DNA of 64,000 bases from an uncultured Chloroflexia bacterium (lineage in GTDB: Bacteria; Chloroflexota; Anaerolineae; CG2-30-64-16), in the NCBI GenBank assembly GCA_963810095.1, contig CAWEMM010000010.1, positions 160,001 to 224,000 on the forward strand. The letters run 5' to 3'. The notes below the pieces were generated by a model. That model made no database searches, was not told the origin of the DNA, and saw nothing but the letters and a program-made list of their open reading frames with translations. This document shows, one piece after another, positions 53,905 through 63,584 of this stretch. The first letter of the stretch is position 1. Each line of letters opens with the position of its first letter. The translations under genes and the position numbers were made by a program.

Positions 53905-55745
53905 ATGGCGAAGTGTGGTCTATGGGAAGCGCCAATGTGAAGGGGGCCGATTGGGTCCCCGTCGTCAGCACGAACCCCGCGCGCTGCCGCGACTGCTATC
54001 GCTGCGTGCGCATCTGCCCCGTCAAGGCGGTGCGGGTGGCCAGCGGGCAGGCGGAGGTGGTGCCCGAGCTGTGCATCGAGTGCGCGTCCTGCGTGCGCGC
54101 CTGCCCCCAGCAGGCCAAAGTCGTGCGCGACGATCTGACGGGGGTCAAGGCCGCGCTGGCCGCCGGGCGAACGGTGGTCGCCAGCGTCGCACCCTCGGTC
54201 GCCGCCTACTTTCCCGTTCAGGGCGACCCCGCCGCCGGCTTGACCTCGTTCGAACCCCTCGCGCACGCGCTCGCTGCGCTGGGCTTTGCCGGCAGCGGTG
54301 AGACGGCGCTAGGTGCTGCCATGGTCGGACCCGCGCATAAGGAGTGGACGGTCGGCCACCCCGAGCGGTGGCCGGTGATCGCCTCTTCCTGCCCCGTGGT
54401 CGTCAACCTCGTGGAACAGGTGTACCCCGACCTGGTCGATCACATCGCGCCGGTCGTTTCGCCCATGATCGCGCACGGGCGCTATCTCAAGCAGGTGTAC
54501 GGCCAGGATGCCTTTGTCGTCTTCATCGGCCCGTGCATCGCCAAGAAGGGCGAGGCGACGGATACCGTGGCGGCGGGCGCGGTCGATGCCGCGCTGACGT
54601 TCGACGAGCTCGAGCGCTGGCTGGCGGAACGGGACATAACGCTGGAACAAACCTCGGCGGTTTCGCCGGTCGGGACCTCATCGGGCGAAACCTCGGACGG
54701 CCCGTCGCCCGCCCGCCTCTTCCCGCTGGAAGGCGGGCTGCTGGCCACGGCAAAGCTCGAAACGGACCTTCTGTCCACCAACATCCTGACCGGGTCGGGC
54801 ATGGGGGTCTGCCAGAACGTGCTGGACGGCATACGGGCCGGCGCGCTCCAGGTGGCGGTGGTCGAGCTGATGGCCTGCTCGGGCGGGTGTATCAACGGCC
54901 CGGCGCTCGAGAACCGGCCGAGCGTGGCGATTTCCCGCCAGCGGGTCCAGCGTTATGCCGCCGCCCGGGGCAAGCAGGCCGTCCCAGATCGCAGCGAGTG
55001 GCCCGACCTGTTCCGCACCTACTCGGACCGCAGCGTGCCCGAGCCGGCCTTCACCGAAGAGCAAATCCAGGCTGCCCTGCGCCAGGTGGGCAAGTATTCG
55101 TCGGAAGACGAGCTCAACTGCGGGTCGTGCGGGTACGCGTCGTGTCGCGAGAAGGCCATCGCAACGCTCAAGGGCATGGCCGAGCCGACCATGTGCATCC
55201 CCTACATGCGGGCCCGCGCCGAGTCGCTGAACAGCGTGGTCATGGACCTGACCCCCAACGCCATCGTGATCGTGGACGGCGACTTGCGAATCCAGGACAT
55301 GTCGACTTCCGCGGAGCGCATGTTCGGGCAGAGCCGGACGTCGGCACACGGGAAGCCGCTGCAGCAGGTCATCCCGGTCATCACGGATTTCGTCCATGTC
55401 CGTGACACCGGCGTGCCGGTGCAGAACAAGATCGTGCGGATGCCCAAGCTGAACAACGGCGGCGGCGAGCTGATCGTCGAGAAGACCATCGTAAAGGTCG
55501 CCGGCCCTTCTGTCACCCAGGGCAGCCACGACCTCATGCTTGCGATCTTCCGCGACGTGACAGAACGCGAGCAGCAGCGGCAGGAGCTCGAAACCCTGCG
55601 CACCGAAACGCTGCAGCGGACCCAGGAAGTGATCGCCAAGCAGATGCGGGTGGCGCACGAGATCGCCGGCCTGCTGGGCGAGACCACCGCAGAGACGAAG
55701 GTCGTGCTGACGCAGTTGTCGAAGCTGCTGCGCGGGAATGAATAG
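53901..55745 (+). CDS. Sensory [FeFe]-hydrogenase with 2[4Fe-4S], FeS and PAS domains (HydS/HfsB-like)
   Basis: CRDCYRC..CP and CIECASC..CP; H-cluster motifs SSCP, GPCIAKKGE, ELMACSGGCING; NCGSCGYASC; PAS-like PNAIVIVD...AERMFG. Confidence 0.9.
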   Translation: MNGEVWSMGSANVKGADWVPVVSTNPARCRDCYRCVRICPVKAVRVASGQAEVVPELCIECASCVRACPQQAKVVRDDLTGVKAALAAGRTVVASVAPSVAAYFPVQGDPAAGLTSFEPLAHALAALGFAGSGETALGAAMVGPAHKEWTVGHPERWPVIASSCPVVVNLVEQVYPDLVDHIAPVVSPMIAHGRYLKQVYGQDAFVVFIGPCIAKKGEATDTVAAGAVDAALTFDELERWLAERDITLEQTSAVSPVGTSSGETSDGPSPARLFPLEGGLLATAKLETDLLSTNILTGSGMGVCQNVLDGIRAGALQVAVVELMACSGGCINGPALENRPSVAISRQRVQRYAAARGKQAVPDRSEWPDLFRTYSDRSVPEPAFTEEQIQAALRQVGKYSSEDELNCGSCGYASCREKAIATLKGMAEPTMCIPYMRARAESLNSVVMDLTPNAIVIVDGDLRIQDMSTSAERMFGQSRTSAHGKPLQQVIPVITDFVHVRDTGVPVQNKIVRMPKLNNGGGELIVEKTIVKVAGPSVTQGSHDLMLAIFRDVTEREQQRQELETLRTETLQRTQEVIAKQMRVAHEIAGLLGETTAETKVVLTQLSKLLRGNE

Positions 55746-55757
55746 GACAAGAGATAG

Positions 55758-56331
55758 ATGAAGACGAACACTTACCCACTCGATGCTATCTGGCCCCGCC
55801 TTGCGGGGTTCGGCCTGCTGTTAACGCTGGCGCTGCTGATCCCCGCGCTGGGCTGGCCCCAGCCGGTCACCGGGCCGCTGGTGAACGCGCTGCTGCTGAT
55901 TACCGTCGAGACGCTGGGCCTCTGGCCTGCCGATCGGGCTCGGGCTGCTGACGCCGCTCGGCGGCGCGCTGCACGGCGTGCTGCCCCTGCCGCTGATGGT
56001 GATGATCCCGTTCATCATGCTGGGTAATGCGACGCTGGTGGCCGTGTACGACCGGCTGCGCCGGCACAACCGCTGGCTGGCGCTGGGCGTTGCCGCGCTC
56101 GCCAAGTTCGGGGTGCTCTACGGCGCTGCCACGTTCTTCGTGGCGCGACCGTTGGAGCTGGCGCTGGGCGGGCCGGCGCGCACCGTCGTGATGCCCGCGG
56201 CCATCGTCAACATGATGTCGTGGCCCCAACTGGTGACCGCCGTTGCCGGGGGGCTGCTCGCATTTGCGGTGCTGCGCATCCGGCAGAAACCCGGTGTCTC
56301 CGAGAAACCGGGCTTCTTAAGGCTCACATGA
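55758..56331 (+). CDS. ECF-type S-component-like membrane protein, frameshifted near 55930
   Basis: QPVTGPLVNALL, IPFIMLGNATLV, PQLVTAVAGG motifs; multiple TM helices. Confidence 0.75.
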
Positions 56332-57500
56332 CTCCGATCGTCGAAGTGGCGTGGGACAGCCTGTGCAAGCACGGCGAGGAGCTGTGCGGCGACTGGGTCA
56401 AGGTCGTATCGACCGACGAAGACCTGGTGGTCGTGCTCTCAGACGGGCTGGGCAGCGGCGTCAAGGCGAACATCCTCGCAACGCTGACGGCCGAGATCGC
56501 CGCCGATATGCTCGAGAAGGGCGCCAGCATCGACGAGGTCGTGGAGACGCTGGTCGAAACGCTGCCCGAGTGCCAGGTGCGGCACCTCGCCTACGCGACC
56601 TTTGCCGTCTTGCGCGTCCACAAGGCGCGTGAGGCGTACCTGGCCGAGTACGATTGCCCGCCCCTGATCCTGGTTCGCGGCGGCAAGGTGGTCGAGCCGC
56701 CCATGCGCGAGCGCTGTATCGCGGGCCGCACAATCCGGGAGGGTCACTTCACGCTCGAATTGGACGACTATCTCGTGATGGTGAGCGACGGGTACATCCA
56801 CGCCGGTGTCGGCGGGCTCTACCGCATGGGGTGGGGCTGGAACAATCTCGGCATTGCGGTGCAGCGTTGGGCTGCCACCAGGGGCGATACGCACCAACTG
56901 GTGAATGCGCTGAGCCGGACGTGCCTGAAGCTCTCGAAGGAGCGCCTGGGCGACGATTCGACCTCGGTCGCCATGTGGGTGCGGCCGCAGCGTAAGGCAA
57001 CCGTGCTGACAGGCCCGCCGGCCGACCCGGCACGCGATGCCGAGGCGGTGCAGAAGCTGATGCAGTCGGGCGGCGTGAAGGCGATCTGCGGCGGGACGAC
57101 CGCGCAGATGGCGTCACGCGTGCTCGGGAAGCCCCTGCGAGTTGCGTGGCAGCCTGCGGCGAAAGGCGCGGCCAACGGCCCCGGGCGCAGGCTGCCGCCC
57201 ATGGGATTATTGGAAGGTGTCGACCTGGTGACCGAAGGCATCCTGACGATCAGCTCGGCCGTCGACCGGCTGCGCGACGTGAAGACGGTCCATGACCTGC
57301 CGAACGACCAGGACGCTGCCACCCGGCTCGCGCGCGAGCTGATGATCGCGGACCAGGTGCATTTCATCGTCGGCGGCGCGATCAATCCGCAGCAGCTGGC
57401 CGACGTCGTGCGGGGCGTGCCCATGCGCGAGATGTACCTGGACGAACTGATCGCCCGCCTGCGCGAGCGAAACAAAGCAGTCACAGTGGAGCACCTGTAG
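56328..57500 (+). CDS. SpoIIE/PP2C-type Ser/Thr phosphatase (HfsC-like)
   Basis: KHGEELCGD, LSDGLGSGVKANILAT, VSDG, GDDST, CGGTT motifs. Confidence 0.9.
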   Translation: MTPIVEVAWDSLCKHGEELCGDWVKVVSTDEDLVVVLSDGLGSGVKANILATLTAEIAADMLEKGASIDEVVETLVETLPECQVRHLAYATFAVLRVHKAREAYLAEYDCPPLILVRGGKVVEPPMRERCIAGRTIREGHFTLELDDYLVMVSDGYIHAGVGGLYRMGWGWNNLGIAVQRWAATRGDTHQLVNALSRTCLKLSKERLGDDSTSVAMWVRPQRKATVLTGPPADPARDAEAVQKLMQSGGVKAICGGTTAQMASRVLGKPLRVAWQPAAKGAANGPGRRLPPMGLLEGVDLVTEGILTISSAVDRLRDVKTVHDLPNDQDAATRLARELMIADQVHFIVGGAINPQQLADVVRGVPMREMYLDELIARLRERNKAVTVEHL

Positions 57501-57640
57501 ACCAGTCGCACCAGGCGCAACCTGCGGTTTCCAAGGTCCCGAAAGGTTGATGGCCCGCCGCGTTGCCCCCGATTAGCCGGAGAGGGTGTGGGATGCTATA
57601 ATCTTCCCTGATTTCACGCTCACAAAGGCCTTTCTGACGT

Positions 57641-58141
57641 TTGAGTAGTCGACCGCGCCCCTACCCGGCATTGTTTTCAGTCGCCGTACTGACGTTGATC
57701 CTCACGCTCCTCCTGTCGAGCGGCGCCTTGGCGCGCGGGATGTTTCAGACGTCGCCGGTTGGCACCCCAACCCCCTTCGTGCCCACCGTCGCACCGCCGG
57801 GCATCGAGCCGCTGCCGACGGAGCCACTCCCGGTGTTGGAGCCGCCGACGTCCGTGCCCTTGCCGCCGACGGTCGGACCGACGCCGACGATTCAGGGCTT
57901 CCTCCCGGCGCCCACCATCGTCAACCCCAACGACCTGCAGTCGCTGCCACTCGCACAGCCGCCCGTGTCAGGCGGGGACCTGGCCGAGCCCACCGTCGCT
58001 CCCCCTGCGTCCACAGCCAGTTCGGCCGCACGCGTCGTGGTTGCGCTCGTCAACTACCTCTGGTTGCTCTGTGGCAGCGCGCTCCTGATCGGCGGCGTGG
58101 TCGCCATCGTCCTGATTTGGCGCCGCGGCCGGCCCACCTAG
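57641..58141 (+). CDS. Pro/Thr-rich exported membrane-anchored protein
   Basis: Signal-like N-terminus, PT-rich linker, C-terminal TM plus basic tail RRGRPT. Confidence 0.65.
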   Translation: MSSRPRPYPALFSVAVLTLILTLLLSSGALARGMFQTSPVGTPTPFVPTVAPPGIEPLPTEPLPVLEPPTSVPLPPTVGPTPTIQGFLPAPTIVNPNDLQSLPLAQPPVSGGDLAEPTVAPPASTASSAARVVVALVNYLWLLCGSALLIGGVVAIVLIWRRGRPT

Positions 58142-58145
58142 CGGC

Positions 58146-59675
58146 ATGGCGCCCGGTGCACGCGGCGGCCGCACATATCGCAGCCCGGTCCTGGCGGCGA
58201 CCCTCCTGGCCTTTGCGCTGCGCTCCGGGTCGCTGCTCGCTCAGAGCCTCTGGCGTGACGAAGTAGATGCCCTGCTGTTCGCCACCCGCCCCCTCTCCGA
58301 CTCGCTTGGCATGTTCCGCCAGCCCGGGCAGAACGGTCCCCTCTTCTTTCTTGCACTGCGTCCCTGGCTGGCCGCGGTAGGGCACGGCGAGTTTGCTCTT
58401 CGGTTCCCGTCGGTGCTCTTCGGCACGCTGGCCGTCCCCTTGATCTTCGTCCTGATTGCCCGCGTTGCCGGCCGGCGGGTGGGGTTGGTTGCCGCGCTGC
58501 TCATGGCCACCGCGCCCTACGGCGTCTGGTACGGGCAAGAAGCCAAGATGTATGCGCTGCTGACCGTGCTGTGTCCTGCCTCGCTGCTCGCAATCGTGTG
58601 GCTGCGCGAAAGACGAGGTTGGCAGCCCTGGCTGGCCCTGTATCTCCTGACGAGCCTGAGCGCCTATACCCACCTGCTCGCGGCCCTGATCGTGCCGGTC
58701 CAGTTGGTATGGCTGGTGCTCATTCCGTGGAACGAGCGGCCCCTGCGCCGGCTGTTGGCCGCGCTGCTCTACCTGCTGGCTCTCGCCCTGCCCTATTTGC
58801 CGTTTCTGCGGTGGGCGCCCGGATTGTGGGCATCCGGCTTCCAGACGGGGCACCCGTTTGTGCCGCTCGGCGAGATGATCCAGATCTTGGCCGGCGCGTT
58901 CTCCCGCGGCGTGCTGGGAATCCGGCCGCTGGCGCTCCTGCCCTACGTGCTGGCACTGGTCGCGGGGGTCGTGCTCTGGCCCACGCTTGCGGCCGGCCGG
59001 GCAGAAGGCCCGCTTCGCCACGGGCTGGAGAGACTTTGGCGCACGGCCGACCGAGGGGCGGCGCGCCGGCGCTCCGTCGGGCTGCTGGCCACCTGGCTTT
59101 TTTTGCCCATCGCGCTCATCTACCTGATCACGCTGGGTATGCCCGTTTTCACGGATCGTTATCTCATCTGGATCATGCCCGCGTTCCTGGCCTTGCTGGC
59201 GTGTGGCATCGTCGCGCTTTCCGTATGGTGGCGTCCGCTGGGGGTCGTCGTGGCCGCCCTCATACTTGCATTCAACGGCTGGAGCATTTATCTTCAGGCG
59301 AGCCAATCCATCAAGGCTGATTTCCGCGCTGCCGCCGCGTACGTTCTGGCGCATTACCAGCCCGGCGACAAGATCATGTACCAGATTCCCTATAACCGGC
59401 TCACTTTCACGTATTACGCCAGCGGTCGACAGGACCCTGAGGATCCGGCATGGGCCGGCGTCGACGGGCCCTACACCAACTACGGCATGAGCGAGGCCGA
59501 GGCCGACGCTTGGATCGCGACCCGGATGGGGGGCGCACACGGCGTCTGGTTGGTGGCCTCCGAGGCGCCCATGTGGGATCAGCGTGATCTGACGGGCCGG
59601 TGGTTTGCCGAGAATGCGAGAGTTGCGGATCGCGCCGACTTCACCCGAGTGAGCGTGACCCGATTCGAACGGTAA
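58146..59675 (+). CDS. GT-C / glycosyltransferase family 39 (PMT-like) membrane protein
   Basis: SLWRDE, PLFF, EFALRFPS, YGQEAKMYAL, RYL motifs. Confidence 0.88.
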   Translation: MAPGARGGRTYRSPVLAATLLAFALRSGSLLAQSLWRDEVDALLFATRPLSDSLGMFRQPGQNGPLFFLALRPWLAAVGHGEFALRFPSVLFGTLAVPLIFVLIARVAGRRVGLVAALLMATAPYGVWYGQEAKMYALLTVLCPASLLAIVWLRERRGWQPWLALYLLTSLSAYTHLLAALIVPVQLVWLVLIPWNERPLRRLLAALLYLLALALPYLPFLRWAPGLWASGFQTGHPFVPLGEMIQILAGAFSRGVLGIRPLALLPYVLALVAGVVLWPTLAAGRAEGPLRHGLERLWRTADRGAARRRSVGLLATWLFLPIALIYLITLGMPVFTDRYLIWIMPAFLALLACGIVALSVWWRPLGVVVAALILAFNGWSIYLQASQSIKADFRAAAAYVLAHYQPGDKIMYQIPYNRLTFTYYASGRQDPEDPAWAGVDGPYTNYGMSEAEADAWIATRMGGAHGVWLVASEAPMWDQRDLTGRWFAENARVADRADFTRVSVTRFER

Positions 59676-59786
59676 CAGCAAGAATCGAAGAACCGAAGCT
59701 GCGCAACGCCGGGCATACCCCGCCATCTTTGCGTACCCTTGGTGCTCAGGTTCTTGCTGTGCGCCAGACACTCACGGAGACTCAAC

Positions 59787-60545
59787 GTGCTGACCGAGTT
59801 TCATGCGTCGCTAACCCCGCTGGATGACGGGCAAGGCTACGGCGAACCCGATTGGATGCCCTCGCCCGACGAGGTGGCCCGGGCGCGGACCGAGATGGCG
59901 CGTCGCGGCGCCCTCTCGGCCTATCAGCGCGAGCCGGCCTCGACAAGCATGGTCGAGCCGGGCGCGACGCCGTGGGCCTGGATCGCCGGCGCAGTGCTGT
60001 GGCTGGTCACGTGGCCCGCGGTCATTGCCTTGCGGCTGGGGCTCGGTTGGTGGGAGGGCTGGCTGCCCGGCTGGCTGCCGCCGCTGATCGCGACGCTTCA
60101 CATGCTCGTGCTGGTAGGTCCGGTGATCGTCGCGGAGCGCGACTCCGGGCGCTCGGCGCTGCGCCGCCGCTTCGGTCGGGTGCAGACGCTGGCGCAGATG
60201 CTGGCGCTCGACCCTGCGGAGTTCGAAATCTGGATCGGGATGATGTTCCAACTGAATGGTTTCCGCGTTCGCAACACGCAGTACAGCGGCGACCACGGGG
60301 TAGACATCGAGGTGTCCCGGCCGCCGGTCAATACGGGGCTCGTGCAATGCAAGCGCTACCGTGGGACCGTGGGCGAGCGGGTCGTGCGGGAGCTTTACGG
60401 GACGTTGATTCACGAGCGGGGGGATCGGGCCTGGCTGGCCACCACCGGCGCCATCTCGCGACAGGCGCGCGAATGGGCGGCCGGGAAACCTATCGAGCTG
60501 TGGGACGGCCAGAAACTCGTGGAACTCGCGCGCCGCGCAAGGTAG
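59787..60545 (+). CDS. Membrane-anchored Mrr-type restriction endonuclease domain protein
   Basis: Two TM helices, then FE..., GDHGVDI, LVQCKRY, VRELYG, IELWDG motifs. Confidence 0.82.
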   Translation: MLTEFHASLTPLDDGQGYGEPDWMPSPDEVARARTEMARRGALSAYQREPASTSMVEPGATPWAWIAGAVLWLVTWPAVIALRLGLGWWEGWLPGWLPPLIATLHMLVLVGPVIVAERDSGRSALRRRFGRVQTLAQMLALDPAEFEIWIGMMFQLNGFRVRNTQYSGDHGVDIEVSRPPVNTGLVQCKRYRGTVGERVVRELYGTLIHERGDRAWLATTGAISRQAREWAAGKPIELWDGQKLVELARRAR

Positions 60546-60559
60546 TCGACTTGGATCGC

Positions 60560-60621
60560 TAACACAAAGGCACGGAGGCACAACGTCACCATTTCTTTGT
60601 GTCCTTGTGTCTTTGTGTTAA
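60560..60621. repeat. REP-like repeat, family A
   Basis: taacacaaaggcacggaggcacaa...ttgtgtccttgtgtctttgtgtta. Confidence 0.78.
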
Positions 60622-60660
60622 GAGGTTGTATTCGAGAACGGAGTTGACGAAGAGGTCGCC

Positions 60661-61419
60661 ATGAAACGCACTGTTACAAATCGTCCCCTGGTCTTCGCAC
60701 ATCGCGGTGCAAAGCGTGTCGCACCGGAGAACACCCTGCCGGCCTTCGAGGCCGCGATCCGGCTCGGCGCCGACGGGGTGGAGCTCGACGTGCAGTACAG
60801 CTCCGACGGCAAGCTCGTCATTTTCCACGACTTGAACCTGGAGAAAACTTCGGACGGCACCGGACGCGTCACGTCGCACACCTTCGACGAACTGCGCGGG
60901 CTCGACGCAGGGTCGCACTTCGGCCCCGAGTTTGCCGGTACGCAAATCCCGACGCTGGACGAAGTGCTCGACCTGGCCAAGGGCAAGCTGCTGGTCAACA
61001 TCGAGCTGAAGTCGCTGGATATTTCCAACGCCCGGCTGGGCGTCGACGTCGTGGCAGCCGTCCGCAATCACGGTATGGTTGACGAGGTTGTCATTAGCTC
61101 CTTCAACCCGTTTGCGCTGCGCCGCTCCAAGCAGGCGGGCCGCGAGATCGAGCATGCGCTGCTGCTTGCGCCCGACACGACCAACTGGACGCGGTGGGGG
61201 GTCACGCTGGGCTACTCGCTCGCAGACGGAGTGCACCCCGAGATCAAGATGGTCGATGCCGCCTACGTGGCGGCAGCGAAGCGGCGGAAAATGCCGGTGC
61301 GCGTTTGGACGGTGAACGACGAAGCCGACATGCGCCGCATGGCCGGCCTGGGGGTGGACGCGATCATCAGCGACACGCCCGACATCGCCCGACGGGTCAT
61401 CGAGGGAGGGGCGGCATGA
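60661..61419 (+). CDS. Glycerophosphodiester phosphodiesterase
   Basis: AHRG, PENT, ELDV, IFHD, NIELK, WTVN, IISD motifs. Confidence 0.95.
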   Translation: MKRTVTNRPLVFAHRGAKRVAPENTLPAFEAAIRLGADGVELDVQYSSDGKLVIFHDLNLEKTSDGTGRVTSHTFDELRGLDAGSHFGPEFAGTQIPTLDEVLDLAKGKLLVNIELKSLDISNARLGVDVVAAVRNHGMVDEVVISSFNPFALRRSKQAGREIEHALLLAPDTTNWTRWGVTLGYSLADGVHPEIKMVDAAYVAAAKRRKMPVRVWTVNDEADMRRMAGLGVDAIISDTPDIARRVIEGGAA

Positions 61420-63584
61420 GCGAGAACCCCTCGACCGCCTCCCTGCAGCCCTTCTTCACGCCGAACGGCGTCGCCATCATCGGCGCCAGCCGCGACCCGT
61501 CGAAGCTCAGCTACGGCGTCATCCGCAACCTGGTCGACCCCGAGCACGGCTACCCCGGCCCGATCTACCCGGTGAACCCGAAGGCCGACGAAATCCTCGG
61601 GCGCCGGTGCTATCCCGACATCGCAGCCGTCCCCGACCCGGTCGAGTTGGCCGTCCTGATCATCCCCGCCGGGGCGGTGATCGCCGGGATCGAGGCGTGC
61701 GGCAAGCGGGGCATCAAGGCCGCGGTTGTGATCTCCGGCGGCTTCCGCGAGGTGGGAGCGGACGGCGCCGCCCGCGAGCGCGAGATGGTGGCCGTGGCAC
61801 GCCAGTACGGTATGCGCGTGATGGGCCCCAACGGGATCGGGGTGATCGACACGCACACCCCGCTCAATACGACCTTCGTCAAGGGGATGCCGCCACAGGG
61901 GAGTATCGCATTCCTCTCCCAGTCGGGCGCGCTCTGCGGCGGCATCATCGATTGGACCGTGGGGCAGGGCATCGGGTTCAGCCGCTTCCTGAGCGTCGGG
62001 AACGAGGCCGACGTGAACGAGACGGACGTGATCCCGTTCCTGGCCGCCGACCCGCTGACCAAGGTCATCACGCTCTATCTCGAAGATGTGAAGGGCGGGC
62101 CGGCATTCGTCGCCGCGCTTCGCGAGGCGGCTGCGCGGAAACCGGTCATCGCGCTGAAGACCGGCCGGACCGGCAGCGGCCAGGCGGCGACCGCTTCGCA
62201 CACGGGCGCGCTTGCCGGCGTCCACTCGGCGTTTCGGGCTGCCTGCAAACAGGCGGGCGCGCTCGAGGTGGAGAGCGTACAGGCCCTGTTCGACGCGGCG
62301 CTGGCTTTCGCATACCAACCCTTGCCCGACGGCAACCGGATCGCCATCGTGACCAACGCGGGCGGGCCGGCCGCGCTGGCAGCCGACACGCTCGAAGGGG
62401 CCGGGCTGCGGCTGGCGCGCACGACGCAGGCCACCCAGGACGCCTTGCGGCCCGTCGTTGCGCCCGATGCCCAATTGGGGGGCCCGGTCGATCTGCTCGG
62501 TGGGGCCGACGAACACGGGTACCGGGCGGCCATGGACGCGGTGCTGGCAGACCCCGACTGCGACGGCGTTCTCGCCGTGCTCGTGCCACAGGTGCTCGTC
62601 AATTCCGTGGCGGTCGTCGAGGCGTTTGGGGCCGCGGCAACAGCGCAAGGGGGCGCGCCAAAGCCAGTGGTGGTCTGCCTCATGGGCGATATCAGTCTGC
62701 ACGAGGCGAGGGCGGCCGCGCACCGCCTGCAGCTTCCCGCATACACCTTCCCCGAAGATGCCGTGGCCGCGTTTGGCGCGCTCTGGCAGCGGCGGCAGGT
62801 CGAAATCGGCCTGCTCCGGAGCGGCCGGGTTTCCGAGCCGGCAGACGCCGAGCGGGCGGCGCATGCCCGCGGCCGGCGGAAGGCGCAGGACGTCTTGATG
62901 CTGGCGCATGCAGCCGGCAGGCACGCGCTCGACGCAGCGGAATGCCGGCCCCTGCTCGAAGCCTACGGCATCCGCACGCCGCAGGAGTTTCTGGCGCTGG
63001 ACCCGGGCGACGCGGTCGAGTTCGCAAACAGCACCGGCTACCCCGTGGTCATGAAGATCATCAGCCCCGATATCCTGCACAAGTCGGACATTGGCGGGGT
63101 GATCGTGGGCATCGAAGACGAACAGGGCGTGCAGGCTGCCTTCGACACGATCCTGGAGCGGGCGCGGGCGGCCCACCCTGCGGCCCGCATTCGCGGCATC
63201 CAGGTGCAGGAGATGGTGCAGGGCGGCCAGCAGGTGATCGTCGGCATCAAGCGGGACCCGACGTTTGGGCCGCTGATCATGTTCGGATTGGGCGGCGTCT
63301 ACGTCGAAGCGCTGGCCGACGTGAGCTTCCGCCTCGCGCCGCTGACGGCCCAGGACGCGGAGGCCATGATCGACGAGGTGCGCTCGGCGAAGCTGTTGAG
63401 CGGCTTGCGCGGCGCGCCGCCGGCCGACCGGGCCGCATTGGTCGATGCCATTGTCCGGATTGGCCGGCTGGCTGCGGACCACGACGAGATTGCCGAGTTG
63501 GACGTGAACCCGCTGCTGGTGCTGCCGGACGGTGGCGGCGCAATAGCCGTCGACGCCCGGGTGATCTTGCAGGAAACAGGATGA
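61416..63584 (+). CDS. Acyl-CoA synthetase, ADP-forming (fused alpha/beta; acetate--CoA ligase family)
   Basis: VAIIGAS, GPNG, SQSGA, SHTGAL phospho-His motif, TNAGG, HKSDIGGV, DPTFGP, LDVNP motifs. Confidence 0.92.
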   Translation: MSENPSTASLQPFFTPNGVAIIGASRDPSKLSYGVIRNLVDPEHGYPGPIYPVNPKADEILGRRCYPDIAAVPDPVELAVLIIPAGAVIAGIEACGKRGIKAAVVISGGFREVGADGAAREREMVAVARQYGMRVMGPNGIGVIDTHTPLNTTFVKGMPPQGSIAFLSQSGALCGGIIDWTVGQGIGFSRFLSVGNEADVNETDVIPFLAADPLTKVITLYLEDVKGGPAFVAALREAAARKPVIALKTGRTGSGQAATASHTGALAGVHSAFRAACKQAGALEVESVQALFDAALAFAYQPLPDGNRIAIVTNAGGPAALAADTLEGAGLRLARTTQATQDALRPVVAPDAQLGGPVDLLGGADEHGYRAAMDAVLADPDCDGVLAVLVPQVLVNSVAVVEAFGAAATAQGGAPKPVVVCLMGDISLHEARAAAHRLQLPAYTFPEDAVAAFGALWQRRQVEIGLLRSGRVSEPADAERAAHARGRRKAQDVLMLAHAAGRHALDAAECRPLLEAYGIRTPQEFLALDPGDAVEFANSTGYPVVMKIISPDILHKSDIGGVIVGIEDEQGVQAAFDTILERARAAHPAARIRGIQVQEMVQGGQQVIVGIKRDPTFGPLIMFGLGGVYVEALADVSFRLAPLTAQDAEAMIDEVRSAKLLSGLRGAPPADRAALVDAIVRIGRLAADHDEIAELDVNPLLVLPDGGGAIAVDARVILQETG

